A stretch of 64,000 nt of DNA from Podarcis liolepis (GCA_965112155.1 OZ218113.1), one strand, 5' to 3'. Positions 1-13,800 are shown, counted from the stretch's first letter. Program-made: numbers and translations. The notes: generated from the sequence alone by a model not told the origin.

Positions 1-3000
1 AGTAGACGGACGAAAGCAAAAACAAAAAGCCTCCAAATTTTCTTAAAAACACGCATCTTAAAAAGAAGCGGACAAAAACGTCCAGAATGGTATGACGATG
101 TGCTCTCTCTCTCTCTCTCCTGATTTTAACAAGATATCGGTTTTTAAAGATAAAAGACGGAAGAAACCCACAGCAATTTCCCAACCATTATAATTCCACA
201 CCCACAGTAAAATAAAAAAAATATGAAAAGGCGATTTTGATCAATTTTTATTCCAGAATGGTGCAGCAGCAATGATAATAATAATAATCCCGAATTTCAT
301 GCATTTTCAAGTGTTTCTCCTGAAATTTATGCTTCCTGGGTGCTTCTTCTTTTTAAATTTAATTTTATCAATGAATTTAACGACAATTAAGTATCAAGAG
401 CTGTATCCAGTACTAGTCCTGTTCAGAGTAGACCCAGCGAAATTGATGAATTTAAGTTAGTATTTTCCCAATAACTTTAGTGGATCTTTTCTGCGTAGGA
501 CTAGCATTGGATAAAATCCTAAGGATCAACTTACCAAACTAAATATTTAACAAAAAGAAAGGAAAAGGTCCCCAAATCCAACAATATCCATAGATGATAA
601 TGGCGAGAGAAGCATCAGATTAGGAGATTACGTTTTTTGCAATTAATATAATTTTCTTGAGAAAATCCACACACACCCTTTATTTCAGGTCTCTACGGTG
701 GCAAAATCCCTCCTCCCTCTGCCTCCATCATTCCTAGTAAGTTGGCAAACGGTGGATAAACTTCAGAGGAACATACGAACCTTTACTAGGTTGCCTTTGC
801 CCAACCCTTCTGGTTTATAAATCAAAACAAACTGATAAACACCATTGTATTGACAAACTTGCATACTGAGGGATTCTAGGAAGAGTAATTTTGCCAGGAA
901 GTTTGAATTTATCTCCTTTGAAGAGACCTCTCCACATCCCATTCTGTGCAGTGGTGGCACCATTTTTTTTTAAAAATGCACAGAAAGAGCAAAGTATATT
1001 TCTAGGTGAGTGAGTGGTATTCCACATGTAAAGATCTCTGGGAAAAATAATAACAGTGGATGCTAATGACGGGAGTCCAGCAATGGGGGGCAAGTGGGGA
1101 GAGAGAGAGCTTTTGGTTTTTTCAGGGGTGCTTGCCCCCTTCTGGTACCACCCAGTCTTCTGCGATTGTTCCATTGCTAAGTTTGCGCTGCCTTGAGGTC
1201 CACTTTTCCAGAACAAACACACATCATTCCTGAAAAGAAACCCCACAACGTGGAGTGTTTTATCAAAGCCCCCTAGAGCAGCAGGCAGAGAGATAGATGG
1301 GTGAGAGAGACAGGAGAGCAGACTGTGAGAAACTTCACATGAGCTCTGTCCAAGTCCTGGAAGTAAAGGCTGAGACAACAGCAGCGCTTGGTCGTTTGAA
1401 ACTCCAGGACCTATGGAGAAATTCAGACGGGGAAGAATTTCGCCTGCACCCCCTAGCAGTTCCTCCGCTTTAGCCGTGACAGTTAAACAGCCCGCTGAAT
1501 TGTGCAGGCAAGACGTGTCCCAGTTCGCTGTGGTGGGTATCAGTTCCCAATCTATTGTCAGAAAGGCATAATAGCTCAGCTCAATCACAGCAGATTTTCG
1601 TCTGGGGCTCCCACCCCCCCACCCTGTCCCATTTCCTCACCCTCACAACCCCTGGTATGTGGGGCAAAGGCAATAGGCATATACTGCCCATAAAACAGGC
1701 AGGTTTAGTGGAGATGGGTAAAATATGCTGAGCACTGCAGCATATCTGAACGACTCCCTTGTCCCCTTTCTAAGCTGATGGGATTCCTTGCAATAACGCA
1801 GAGCCTCCAGTGCCGATGAATTGACCAATGGCTTCTTTGTGACAGATCGGAAGCAGTCTATCTTGCGCTCGATTCCTTTTGTTCTAGATTATTTTACGCT
1901 GAGCATAAATCACCGGCCTCATAATTTCCGTTGCAAAGCTGTTAGGAGGTTGTTGTTGTTTTGAAGGAACAAATTATCGACTTGCAAAGGGCTAAGTACA
2001 TAAGAACATTGGAAGAGCCTGCTGGATCAGGCCAATGGCCCATCTAGCCCAGCCTCCTGCTCTCACAGTGGCCAACCTGATGCCTGTGGGAATCCAGCAA
2101 GCAGGTCAGGAGTATAAGAGCTCTCTCTCCGCCTGTGGTTTCCAGCAACTGGTGTTCAGAAGCATTCCTGCCTCCAACTCCAGAGGCAGAGCCGAGCCAT
2201 CATGGCTAGTAGACATTGGTATCCTTCTCCTCCACAAATTAGTCCAATCCTCTTTTAAAGCCTTATTCAGAAAGCCTTACGGAAGGGATGTAAAATGGGA
2301 TATAACCTCAGGCCCAAAGATCAAATGTGGCCCTCCAGGTCTCTCTGTTTGGCCCTGGGGACTCTCTCCAGGCCATTCCCCTCTCCAGACTTGGTTCACA
2401 CCCTTATTGAGTGTGCCCCCCCCCGGAAGTGAGACCTTGAACTCTGATCATGCCTCTTGCCTTTCTGGGTGGAGGGTAGAGAGGGCGGGGGGTGATGACT
2501 GTAGAAACTAGCCTGCTAAGTTCAAAGGTAAAGTTCCCATTGGTTGCTCCACCCATTGGTGGCTGCCATGTGGCTTCCGCACAAGAGAATGCAGCTCTGC
2601 ATCTTTTACCTTTTTAACTGTGCATTTTGAAACATCCTCACAGCAACTAATAGATCTGGCACCTTAAATTGCTTGTAGCTTTATTGCACGTGACGTCTGC
2701 TGGTGATTGTTGCTTGTTTGGGTACTTTTTATTTAATGCTGTCATCCGTGTGTGGCTGTTTCTTCTACCCTAATAAATTGTTAGGAACTGAGTGTTGATT
2801 ATTTAGGACTGTAATTCTACACTCCCTATACATTTAGCCCCCTTGAAGATAGTTGTGCTCAAGTCCTGCTTCTGGGCATCCCATTGGCGCATCTGGTTGG
2901 ACTAGATGGGCCCCTTTGGTTCTTCTTATATTCTTACGTTAAACCAGCTGTGGCCAGCCAGATATCTCTGGGTGTTCACAAGCTGAGCCTAAGGTACTGC

Positions 3001-3006
3001 ACAGTC

Positions 3007-3470
3007 ATAAGAATATAAGAAGAGCCTGCTGGATCAGGCCAGTGGCCCATGTAGTCCAGCATCGTATTCTTACAGTGGCCAACCAAGCACAAAAGCCCTC
3101 TCTTCTCCTGTGGTTTCCAGCAAGTGGTATTCAGAAAGAGTGCAGCCATCATGCCTAGTAGCCATTGAAAGCCTTATCATCCATCAATTTGTCCAATCCT
3201 CTTTTAAAGGTGCCTCTTGTGGGAGCGATTTCCACATCTCACACTGTGTGGATACTTTCTGTATCTTCCAATATTTAGCTTCATTGGATGTTCTTGAGTT
3301 CTAGTGTTATGAGAGATGGAGAAAAACTTTCCTCTATCCACTTTCTCCACACTGTGCATACTGTAATTTTGTAAGCTTCTATCATGTCGCCTCTTACTCA
3401 CCTTTTCTCTAAACAAAAAAGTCCCAAATGCTACAAACTTTTCTCATAAGGGAGTCACTCCATCATTTTA
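3007..3470 (-). mobile_element. older CR1-family 3' end (further copies at ~2000, 12812, 13332, 15024, 28505, 35012, 42958, 49709, 52352, 52620; opposite strand at ~7400, 33000, 42330)
   Basis: Recurrent taagaacataagaagagcctgctggatcaggcc...ctagtccagcatcctg motif, a reverse-complemented (TTCTTATG)n-tailed 3' end. Confidence 0.7.
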
Positions 3471-3737
3471 GTCTCCCTGTGTCCCCAACATCTGGAATCC
3501 AGAGAGTTATTGCCACCTGGTTTTTTGCTGGGCTGTTGTGGCTAACAAGAGAATGGTGTCCAAGCTTCGCCCAAAATTGCACAGAAAAATAAATCCATGC
3601 AGCCTTGGGTCATCTCTACTGAGATCCAGATTTCCTCCTTGTTTGCTCTCATCTGTAAAACATTTTTTGAAAAGTTTTCTTCCAGCAAAGCTGGGTTGCG
3701 CGGGAAACTTCAGTGCTGGTGAGAGGGATCCACATTT

Positions 3738-3741
<4 letters not shown>

Positions 3742-3788
<47 letters not shown>
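3742..3788. repeat. (CA)n microsatellite
   Basis: Direct reading. Confidence 0.95.
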
Positions 3789-3791
<3 letters not shown>

Positions 3792-4679
3792 CCCACCCTT
3801 TATCCAGCACCTCAGGGTGAGTAAAACAAATTCAACAGGGAGTTCCATCGTCAACCACAGATTGTGCCAACCAGGGCCTTATTGGTAATGGCTCCCTAAT
3901 TGGGAAATTCCCTCCTGGTGGAGATCTGTACATTCCTGTTCATACCGAGCGGGGTGAGGAACCTTAACCTGCAGGCCACATTAATTCTACATTTGGCCCA
4001 CCAAGCTATTTTGGCTAGACACACCCAACCGCCAGTCACCTGACATCATATATAACATGAGGTATTGACAAATAAAAAGTTGGCCAGGATGGGCCAAAAG
4101 GGCTGAGCACAAGCTGAATACCAATCTTAGTTGGAAGTGCCACATACCTGGTTGCTTCTGAACCACTGATGATCAGCTTAATCAGTTGCATGGGAAGCAA
4201 AAAGATGGGTCTTGATATCTGCATGGCCTGGCAGCCTTCCCACTTACACAGTGGAGAAACTGAGTAGGTGTGGTCCCATGTAAGATCACACGGTGTCCCT
4301 CAGACTTGCAAGTGTTGCAAGCTGACATCTACTGAGCCTCTCTTGAAGTCTCCAGAAGCTCCCAACTGGGCACCTGTACATGGACATCCTATTTAGCCAT
4401 CATGGCATCAGAGGATGGAGCCAGGCCTTTCCCAAACCACCCTCCTATCCTCTGCCTGATCAGCTGAAGGGAATCCAGACTGCAGTTCTCAGGCGTTTAC
4501 CAGGCGTTTACCAGCAGAGGCTCTCAAAGCTGACGGATTTTGCTGGCTGTTCTCCTCTTCCACCTTGCTTTTCCTTTCCACAGTCTTAAAGTGTCTTGCT
4601 GCCTACCAGGTTGTGAACCGAGCATTCCACAGCAGCAACCATCAGAGCCATGGAGCAGCCACGAAGAAAGCCCTCTTTC

Positions 4680-4905
4680 TTATCCCCTAAAGATGTCAGC
4701 GCCTGAGGGTGTTTGTATGAGGGAATATGATCCTTCAGATACCCTGGGCCTAAGCCACATAGGGCTTTATGGGCTATAACCAGCACTTTGAATTGTGCCC
4801 ATAAACACACTGGTAGCCAGGGGTGCTGTTGTAACAAGGGAGTCATAGGCTCCCTATAACTAGCCACAATCAACCGTCTGGCTGAGGCTCTTTGGTCCAG
4901 TCCTG
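4680..4905 (-). mobile_element. degraded L2 fragment
   Basis: Peptide LLQQHPWLPV..AQFKVLVIAHKALCGLGPGYL resembles the L2 ORF2 motif LHWLPV..RI.FK..L...KAL.GL.P.YL. Confidence 0.65.
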
Positions 4906-4995
4906 AATGGCTTCTAGTAGGCAACTGGCTCACCCCTGTGAGAATGAGGATGCTGGGCTAGATAGGCCTCTGGCTCTTCTGATGGTCTGTTGAGA

Positions 4996-5670
4996 CAGTG
5001 GCGTAGCGTGAGTTGCCGGTGCCTGGGGCAGGCAAGCCACCACTGGAGCAACCCCTCACTGGACTGTGCTACGCCACCTGCCCACCCATGAAGCGGGGAG
5101 CCTGGCCAACCAACATGGCCCTTGGGGCGTGAATCCCTCTGATGCCCATAGAGACGAACGCTGAGTGGGGTTGGGGTGGGGTTGCCCCTTGCCCACCTCC
5201 CTCTGTCTGCATCCGCTCACTGTGTGACTGTGCTGCTCCCACTGCTGTCCAGGGAGCACAGAGTGCCGAGCAAGGAGTGAGCGGGGGCCAGCCCTGGTCC
5301 GGCCCAGCCTGGAGACCGAAGGGCAGTCTGGCTTTAGGAATGTGCCCTTGGAGGTGTAAGGAAGATGGACAGTGTCCTCCTCCCAGCCTGCACAGAGCCT
5401 TTGTGGTTGTTGACCTCTGCCAGAGATATGGCGGCGAGGCCAGGCAGGGCTCCATGGCCCAAAGATCCCTGATGGCAGGCAGGCAAGCAGAGAAGGATGG
5501 GGAGCTGGGGAAAGGGCCTCCCAGGATGGATCTGGGTGGTGGCTCTGCCACCTTTGCTGGGGCAGGGATCTCCACAGAAACCGGCACCTGCGTGGAGGGA
5601 CCTGGTGGCACCCCCTCATAAGTTTGTGCCTGGGGTTATGGCCCCCCTGGCCCCCCACACTATGCCACTG
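4996..5670. mobile_element. hAT (Tip100-like) non-autonomous element (related copy ~25593-25855)
   Basis: Termini cagtggcgtagcgtg / cacactatgccactg and a GC-rich interior; the TSD is degenerate. Confidence 0.6.
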
Positions 5671-5846
5671 CTTTGAGGTTCATGGTGGCAGAGCAGGCTT
5701 TGGAACTAAGGTTTCCCAGGCATGAGACACGTCAGCCATGCCAACTCTGAGCCTCGTCCCATGAAATGAGCTGCGTCTGTGTGCATCTTCACACTGATGC
5801 CTGACAAGGTGGTCGGGGTGAGAGAGGGCTTTCCCCATTTGAAATA

Positions 5847-6062
5847 CAGTGGTACCTCGGGTTCGTTCTGGAGGTCCGTTCTTAACCTGAAACTGTTCTT
5901 AACCTGAAGCACCACTTTAGCTAATGGGGCCTCCTGCTGCTGCGCGATTTCTGTTCTCATCCTGAAGCAAAGTTCTTAACCCAGGGTACTATTTATGGCT
6001 TAGTGGAGTCTGTAACCTGAAGCCTCTGAAACCTGAAGTATCTGTAACCTGAGGTACCACTG
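5847..6062. mobile_element. Tc1/mariner (Tigger-like) MITE
   Basis: TIR CAGTGGTACCTC with TA TSD. Confidence 0.88.
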
Positions 6063-6371
6063 TACTAGATTCTTCAGGGACAGAGCAACCCCCAGGCTCT
6101 GAATATTAGCCCCACCACCACCACCAAAGAAAGATATTTTAGTTGTCCTTAGACCATGGCTGGTTTTTCAATATTAAGACAAAGCAGAGGGGTTGGTGTG
6201 GGGACGGGACAGGAGAATGGTGAAGGGGTGTCAGTAGATCTGATGAAAAAAATACATAGAAATGTATGTCTCAAAGGGGGTGGGCAGTTTTGTGGGGTAG
6301 GGGAGGCAAATAAAAAGAGAACCCAAATCATAAAGCAGTTGCAGGGAGTGAGAGAGCAGGGGACTTATTTG

Positions 6372-6373
<2 letters not shown>

Positions 6374-6407
<34 letters not shown>
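6374..6407. repeat. (GT)n microsatellite
   Basis: Direct reading. Confidence 0.95.
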
Positions 6408-6408
<1 letters not shown>

Positions 6409-7028
6409 CCTGTCCAAAGGAGGGGAATACCAGGCAACAGATTCATCTTGCCAGCAGCAGACACCCTTGATGTTTTTCCCCCCCCTCTCTCTCCCGCTAA
6501 ACAGGGTTTCTATGGTAGCAGAGGGAACAGCCAATCCTGGGAGATGGCTTCTCCATGCCCACCTCATGTTGGCATTTGCATCAGGGGGCATCTGTGCCAG
6601 ACGGACAATGGGACAAACCCACTAATCAAGCAGACAACAGGCTGGGGGCAAAAGGACCCCCAAACCAAGTTAATTAAGAGGGTTTGGCTAGGGTGCTCCA
6701 TGAAAGAAGGAGACGTCCTCTTGCCTTTTGCATTCTCCAGATCAGAATTTCCCCAGGGTAGGCGACCAAGAGCCCCAGCCATTGTAAAGTAGAGAAATTT
6801 ATTTAAAAACAAAACCTAAAAAGATAAAGATACCCTTAAAAACAAGGGGGTGATAATCACCTCAGATTTATTTTATATTTTACTTGGATATGTTTTATCT
6901 AATGCTCTCAGGGGAGTTTTAAAGGTTGCTCTTAAGCTTTTGTGCCGCATGTGGTTAAACGATGGAACTCCCTCCGGAAGAGGCAGGGATGGCCATTAAC
7001 TGGAATGGCTTTAAAAGAGGATTGGACA

Positions 7029-7390
7029 TCCGAGACCAGGGAGAAGAGTCGGTGAAAGAAGACTGGAAGAAATTTAAAGACTATTTAAAGAAATATTATA
7101 AAATTAATGAATGTTAGAAAGATGTTGGATAGAAACTAAGTGGTTTCCAGCTGTAATGCTTTAAAAAGGAGTATAAAATGGGTAAAAGTTTAATGGTAAG
7201 GATTTGCTGAACTAACAAACTGAACTGGAATACAAAGAAGGGAAGTATGAGGAGGTCGGAGGAAATAAGGGTATGGAAGTTATGTTATTGAAAATTAATG
7301 TGTGTTTTTAATTGTTTATTATTTTGTATGTTTATTTTTTTATTATATTCAAAAAATTTCTCAATAAATATCTTATTAAAAAATAAAAAA
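7029..7390 (+). mobile_element. L1-like LINE 3' fragment inserted into a CR1 3' end
   Basis: AATAAA plus an A-rich tail. The 17-bp TSD TAAAAGAGGATTGGACA (7012-7028 / 7391-7407) sits at a TT/AAAA site. Confidence 0.8.
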
Positions 7391-8148
7391 TAAAAGAGGA
7401 TTGGACAAATTCATGGGGGAGAAGGCTACAAGCCACAGTCAGAAGCAGCGATGCTTCTGAATCCCAGTTGCTGGAGGGGAGAGGCCTCTTGTGCTTGCAG
7501 GCTTCCCTTTGGGGCATCTGGTTGGCCACTGTGAGAACAGGATGTGGGACTAGATGGGCCATTGGCCTGATCCAGCAGGCTCATGTTATATTCTTCAACT
7601 GGATACAACTTATTGACAAAGAGTAAATACATACAAAATAATAAAATCAAAGGTATACAATATATTATAGGGACAAGTCTGTCAATGTCAGTTTCTCATT
7701 TTTCCAAACTTAAGGTCAGTTCTCCACATTTGCACACATAAGTCCTCATGAAAACCCATCAGCATATTAGTGTGAATTTCTCTAATATATACATGCTTCA
7801 ATGTATATGCAAATTTCTCCTAATATATACATGCTTGAATGTCCCTGTGTTCTAATGTTATGGGGAGGGGGGACATTTCTCTGTCCACTTTCTGAACCTT
7901 TTCTAGCTCCACAATATTCTAGAACCTCATCTTTTGTGAATGATGCCAAGTGGATCTCAGTGAAGATAGTGATCCACAAAAAGGAAGCCACAACTGAAAA
8001 GGCCCTCTTCCTTGCCATCACCCTCTAAACCTCCCTCAGAGGGGGAACCTGGAGGACCCAGATGAAGATCTAAGAGTCCAGCTTCAAAAATGGGGGCTAC
8101 ACTCTGGAACTCCCTACCTATTGACATCAGGCATGCAGCTTCACTGTA

Positions 8149-8363
8149 CAGTGGTACCTCGGGTTAATAACTTAATTCGTTCTGGAGGTCCGTTCTTAAC
8201 CTGAAACTGTTCTTAACCTGAGGTACCACTTTAGCTAATGGGGTCTCCCGCCACTGCCGTGCGATTTCTGTTCTCATCCTGAAGCAAAGTTCTTAATCCG
8301 AGGTACTATTTCTGCGTTAGTGGAATCTGTAACCTGAAGCCTCTGTAAGCTGAGGTACCACTG
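8149..8363. mobile_element. Tigger-like MITE, same family
   Basis: TIR CAGTGGTACCTC with TA TSD; inserted in an L2-like tail. Confidence 0.88.
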
Positions 8364-9261
8364 TACTCTTTTTGGTGCCTGCTATTACATTTTTGTTTAG
8401 ACATTTTCTTCAGACATATAGAATGTTGATGTATGTTTTAATCTTTTCTTTAGTTTATTGTTGGTTTTATCTTTTGAATGTTTTGGGATGTTTTTCTGTT
8501 TTTACTGATATTTCTGTTCATTTATTCTCTTTGTAAACCACTTTGAGGTTTTTTTAAACAATCAAGTAGTACATAGATTTTATGAAATCAATATTTGAAG
8601 AGGTATCCCAGTACTTCCAGCACTGTTCTCAAAGCACTTAGAAACCCCATGCCAAATTTGAGTCCCAGAATATTATCATTTGACCTGCTGGCCAAGGAAA
8701 CCCTCCTCCAGCTCTTCCTCCTTCACTTCATGCCAGCTGTGCATCACCTAAAACTCTTGTCTTACCTTCAGCAACATCACAAAGTAATTGCAGTCAAGGA
8801 TTCCCCTATCACTATGATCCAAATGATGTACCTGTATTCAGTAAGTGGGATCCAAGACCCAGTTTTCAAACATTCAGGAGCTCCTCCCCATCTCTCACCT
8901 GAGATGCTGCAAACTCTCCCACCTGGGTCTCACCCAGAGGGACATTATGCTCGTCATTCTTGTGGGCTCTCACACCATGGAGTAGCTAATAAACATATGT
9001 CCACAATCATCATATAAGGTTGTCCCCAAGGTTGCCTGGCCTCCTTCAGGGGGGAACACTTAAATCTCCAGGTGGGCAAGAACACCTTCCTCTTAGCTGG
9101 TAACCTGAGATGTGTCAACACCTAAACCCAAATGCTGGAGCAGTGCGCTCTCTCTCTCTCTCTCTCTCTCTCTGTATGGGGGGTGTTTTTCAAATTTTGG
9201 TAACAAACTGCTCTTTTTATGAGGGAAATAGAAACTAAAGTCCCAGGTACAACTTCTATGT

Positions 9262-9616
9262 GGGACGTGGGTGGCGCTGTTGGTTAAACCACAGAGCCTA
9301 GGACTTGCCGATCAGAAGGTTGGCGGTTCGAATCCCCGCGACGGGGTGAGCTCCCGTTGCTTGGTCCCTGCTCCTGCCAACCTAGCAGTTCGAAAGCACA
9401 TCAAAGTGCAAGTAGATAAATAGATACCGCTCTGGTGGGAAGGTAAACGGCGTTTCCGTGCGCTGCTCTGGTTCGCCAGAAGTGGCTTAGTCATGCTGGC
9501 CACATGACCCGGAAGCTGTACGCCGGCTCCCTCAGCCAATAAAGCGAAATGAGCGCCGCAACCCCAGAGTCGGCCACAACTGGACCTAATGGTCGGGGGT
9601 CCCTTTACCTTTACCT
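9262..9616 (+). mobile_element. Sauria SINE (Squam1), full length
   Basis: tRNA-like head, (ACCTTT)n tail and 14-bp TSD TACAACTTCTATGT (9248-9261 / 9617-9630). Confidence 0.92.
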
Positions 9617-11824
9617 TACAACTTCTATGTCATAGGCAAAGGCCAAAGAAGAACAAAAATGGAGGCTGGACTGAGTGACGGTCTGCAAAGCCCTTTCCCA
9701 ATCTATGATTCCATGGACTCTGAGAAGTGGATTCTTCTGTCAGTCAAAAGGTGGGAAAGGGAGGGTGGTGGGGACCCTTCTTCAGTTAATTCCACTTGAG
9801 GCAGGGAAGAAAAACCTGAGTTTCCTTTAGACAGAGGACTTGGTGTATGTGTGGTGGGGGGTGGCTGAGGGGGTGCCCCATTTTCTCAGCAGCTGGGCCT
9901 AGAGGAAACAAAAGAGCAGTTTACTGACTCCCAAACGACCTCTTGATTTAACAACCATTCAGTAGATTCCTCCTTCCTGGGATAATCTCCCCCTTGCAAG
10001 AGCATCATGTGAGGCCAATGTGACCAGGAGTCTAAGACCTCTTTACGAAAGGAAGGAATGAGGGAATGTGAGAACGGGAGAAAGGTGCCATTCATATTTC
10101 TGGTCTCTTTCGACAGCCTCCTTCAGTCACCCCCTACCTCTCCCCCCACCCCATATTTCGAATTCCCAGGACAAAGGCTTTTTAAGATGCACCAACCATT
10201 CCATTCCTGGAGCAAACGTCCTCTCTGCAAGCCACCTAATCCCAGCTTTCTTTAAAAAAAAACAAAAACATAAATGAGGAGGGAAAATACCCTCAAATGT
10301 CAGCCCTCCTGCTGAGTTTGAAAGTGAAATCATGAAGGCAGGATTTGGAAATGGCTCCGAAGCTCCAGGACCAACTTTCTGTTCCCCAAACTGCTAATAA
10401 AGTTTGATATCAAAGCCGTGAACCTCTAACTGTGCCCATCTTCCCTTCATTGCTGCCATATTCCATGCGCAGGATTTTGCATTTGTTCTTTAGCCAGGGT
10501 GAGTGCATGTTCCATAATTTGGTTTCCCGAAAGTTCAGTGCCTGGTACTTAGTGCAAAAACTCTGTATCCTGACTTATTCCATTCCTCTTTGGGTAAACA
10601 AGTTTCTAGACCTTAAGGCTAGCAGCTGGTGGTATATCTCAGAAGCAAGCAGAGGGCCTCCTCGGGTTTCCTAGCAGTCTGGGCTTTTGCAGTAGTGCGC
10701 TTGCTCTCAGCCAATTTACATCACAAAAAGTTTCAGGCCTTGTGAACGTGGAGAACCTCCTGACCTCTTCCATCTTGGAGAGTAATTGGCTATAGTCTGT
10801 GAGCCTCCATCATGTCATTTTGATTAGCCAGTGAATAAACTTTCAATCTGGGAGGGGCAAGGCTGCCCACCCACCTTCCTACCTCCCCCCCCATCCCACC
10901 CATTATGGGGCTAATTTATTTAACACCTGCGGTAATACGTTTCACCTCTCATTGTTGTGAGCCAAAGCTAAGGAGATTCTGCCTCCCCCCCCCCATTGGG
11001 ATCTCAAGAACTGGGAAGAAGAGAAACACTTGTCCTCTGGGGATGGCGACCCACTTGCCTCCAACCCCACGTCCCCAGCTCTCCATCCGGGACACAGCCA
11101 AATCCGTTTAATCCAGTTTCATGCCTCTTCTGTGTCAAAAGCTTTCCCCCACCCCTTCCCAGCTCATTGTTCATTCTTCCTCTTCCATCCTCTCTGAAGT
11201 TAGGTTTCAGATTTTATTTATTTATTTATTTAAAAGCTTGAAAGCAAGCGAATATTTTCACCCCCTGCCCCTCAGTCACACATGTCTGTATTTCAGAATT
11301 CACATATGTCAAGCCAAATTAAGACAAGCCAGCCCTAAAGAGAAGATCAGGCAAGATGGCTGACAGGGTTTGGAAACCCAACAGGCCCCAGGCCTAACTC
11401 TATGCCTCACTTCAGTCCGGACAGGCAGAGATCTGCCAACTCTCCCAATGATTTCCCTCCTGGTTTGACATTAATACATATAATTTAATGTACTGAACAT
11501 ACTTGAGATGGCAAACAATGGGTTCTTTCCAACGTTATTCGGAGTAAACCTGTTGAAAAGAAAGGATGCAACCGACTCGGGTTCATTTATTTCAGTGAGC
11601 TGACCCTGAGTATAATTCAGCTGGATACAACTCAATATGATTGATCTAATATGTTGATTTTGTTGTATTAATATTTCTGTGCAAGATCCCACATTTGAGG
11701 AAAGGTGGGATAAAAAAAAGAGATTTAAATAAATAATTAAACTGATCAGAACAACTTTGTGAAATATTTGTTGAATTGTGAATTCAACTCAGATCCAAAC
11801 TCTTTAGACATTGGTATAATTTAG

Positions 11825-11972
11825 NNNNNNNNNNNNNNNNNNNNNNNNNNNNNNNNNNNNNNNNNNNNNNNNNNNNNNNNNNNNNNNNNNNNNNNNNNNN
11901 NNNNNNNNNNNNNNNNNNNNNNNNNNNNNNNNNNNNNNNNNNNNNNNNNNNNNNNNNNNNNNNNNNNNNNNN
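11825..11972. other. assembly gap (N run)
   Basis: 148 N bases. Confidence 1.
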
Positions 11973-12558
11973 CCCTCTGAACTCAACTTTCTGAAACACC
12001 TCAAATTTCACTTTTTGAAGAATGATTTGAAACAAGTATGCAAAGCGATGCAAAATCTTAAGTCTCATTAAGTAACTTGGATGTAATAATTGAGCAAAAT
12101 CGATCATTCAGAAGCTTGGGGGGGGGGAATGAATTAAGGAGAAAATACATTCATACCATCTTTCTACCAACCAATTGAAGTTGCCAGAATTAATTTGAGA
12201 AATGATCCTTTTGCTGAAGTGAAACAAGCCATTTATTTGACTGAAACCATTTTTGGTCTGAAGCAGACGCTAAAGCTTACAGGATAAAACAGCGCAAAAT
12301 GCAATAGGTAAGATTTACAAGATGCAGAAACTAAGATTTACTGAAAATGCTAAATGCTCTGAATTCTCTCCACTCTCAGGATCTTAAAAACTGCAGATGC
12401 CAGCAAGCCCCATTTCATTTGCTTTCGGCCTCCATGCCCACACGGACCCTTTAACCAGGACTGGGGGGTGGGGAACACCGATTTCTGCCCAGCCTCCACA
12501 GACTTGGCACAGAGACCGACTCTGATACCAACCCTTTATCTGAGCCACACTGACTGGG

Positions 12559-12572
12559 GTTGCCATAGCAAC
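12559..12572. promoter_or_regulatory. RFX X-box
   Basis: GTTGCCATAGCAAC, a near-perfect palindromic X-box in unique sequence. Confidence 0.5.
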
Positions 12573-12989
12573 AAACATGACAGAAGGTGACAGAAGGCAG
12601 GAGAGATATCAAAAAAGGACATATGAAAGGGAGCTGGGCTGGGCTGGCAAGAGGGGTGTGTGTCTCGGTAACGGAAAGCAATTAGAAGAGAGGAACCACT
12701 TTTAATTTCCCTATAATTAAAGGGATAATCAAGGAAAAGGTATCGCATCAGGAGGGGATGCTAAATTTATTGTGATCTGTTCAGAAATGGCTGGTTCCTT
12801 TGTGAGGTAAGAACACTAGAAGAGCCTGCTGCTGGATCAGACCAAGGAGCTGTCTCATCCAGTATCCTTTTCCCCACAAGGTCCGCGAGATTCCCCTGGG
12901 AAGCCCACAGGCAGGACCTGAGGGAAACAGCCTTCTCTCACAGATGGCCCCCAGTGACTGGTAATTGGTGGTATATAACCGGACATAGT

Positions 12990-13322
12990 GGGACGCGGGT
13001 GGCGCTGTGGGTTAAACCACAGAGTCTAGGACTTGCCGATCAGAAGGTCGGCGGTTCAAAGCCCCGCAACGGGGTGAGCTCCCATTGCTTGGTCCCTGCT
13101 CCTGCCAACCTAACAGTTTGAAAGCACGTCAAAGTGCAAGTAGATAAATAGGTACCACTCTGGCGGGAAGGTAAACGGCATTTCTGTGCACTGCTCTGGT
13201 TCGCCAGAAGTGGCTTAGTCACTGTACGCCGGCTCCCTTGGCCAATAAAGCGAGATGAGCGTCGCAACCCCAGAGTCGGCCACGACTGGACCTAATGGTC
13301 AGGGGTCCGTTTACTTTACCTT
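12990..13322 (+). mobile_element. Sauria SINE (Squam1)
   Basis: Same family as 9262. TSD TAACCGGACATA (12976-12987 / 13323-13334). Confidence 0.9.
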
Positions 13323-13380
13323 TAACCGGACATAAGAAATTAAGAAGAGCCTGCTGGATCAGGCCAATGGCCCATCTAGT

Positions 13381-13800
13381 CGCCTCTGTTCCATTTATTG
13401 TCTCTCTTCGAAGACCTAAATGCTGTTATAAAGAATAAGGACTTACTGACTATTCTTTTAGTGATCACTCGGCTATCCAGAGCTCAAACCTGGGAGACCT
13501 TACAAGGACTATCCCTGGACTTAAAATGCCTGGTGTTTGGCTAAAACTGAGAAAATAACTCATAACTTAAAAGCAATAAAGGAAACGAAAAGACCGAAAA
13601 AATGGTATGCAATAAGGTAGTCATTTATTCAACATCCAAACAAAACTAGTCTTAAAAGATAAACCCTCCAAAGTGTCTTTGCTATCCTGAACAAGATGAC
13701 TTGAAGTGTCTTCTTCCCTGGGAACAATTGTCTGTGATGCTGTAATGTGTATGTGATGTTATATATTTGTTGTTATACAGTATATAAAAAGCCTATCAAA
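13381..13800 (+). mobile_element. probable degraded L1-clade 3' fragment
   Basis: A-rich sequence resembling a decayed ORF2 C-terminus, abruptly truncating a CR1 fragment. Confidence 0.4.

Noticed and set aside
815-1588. 257-aa minus-strand ORF
   Set aside because: Non-ATG start, no recognisable domain, and composition typical of non-coding sequence.
5056-5658. Overlapping 160-200 aa ORFs on both strands
   Set aside because: Stop-poor GC-rich interior of a hAT-like element.
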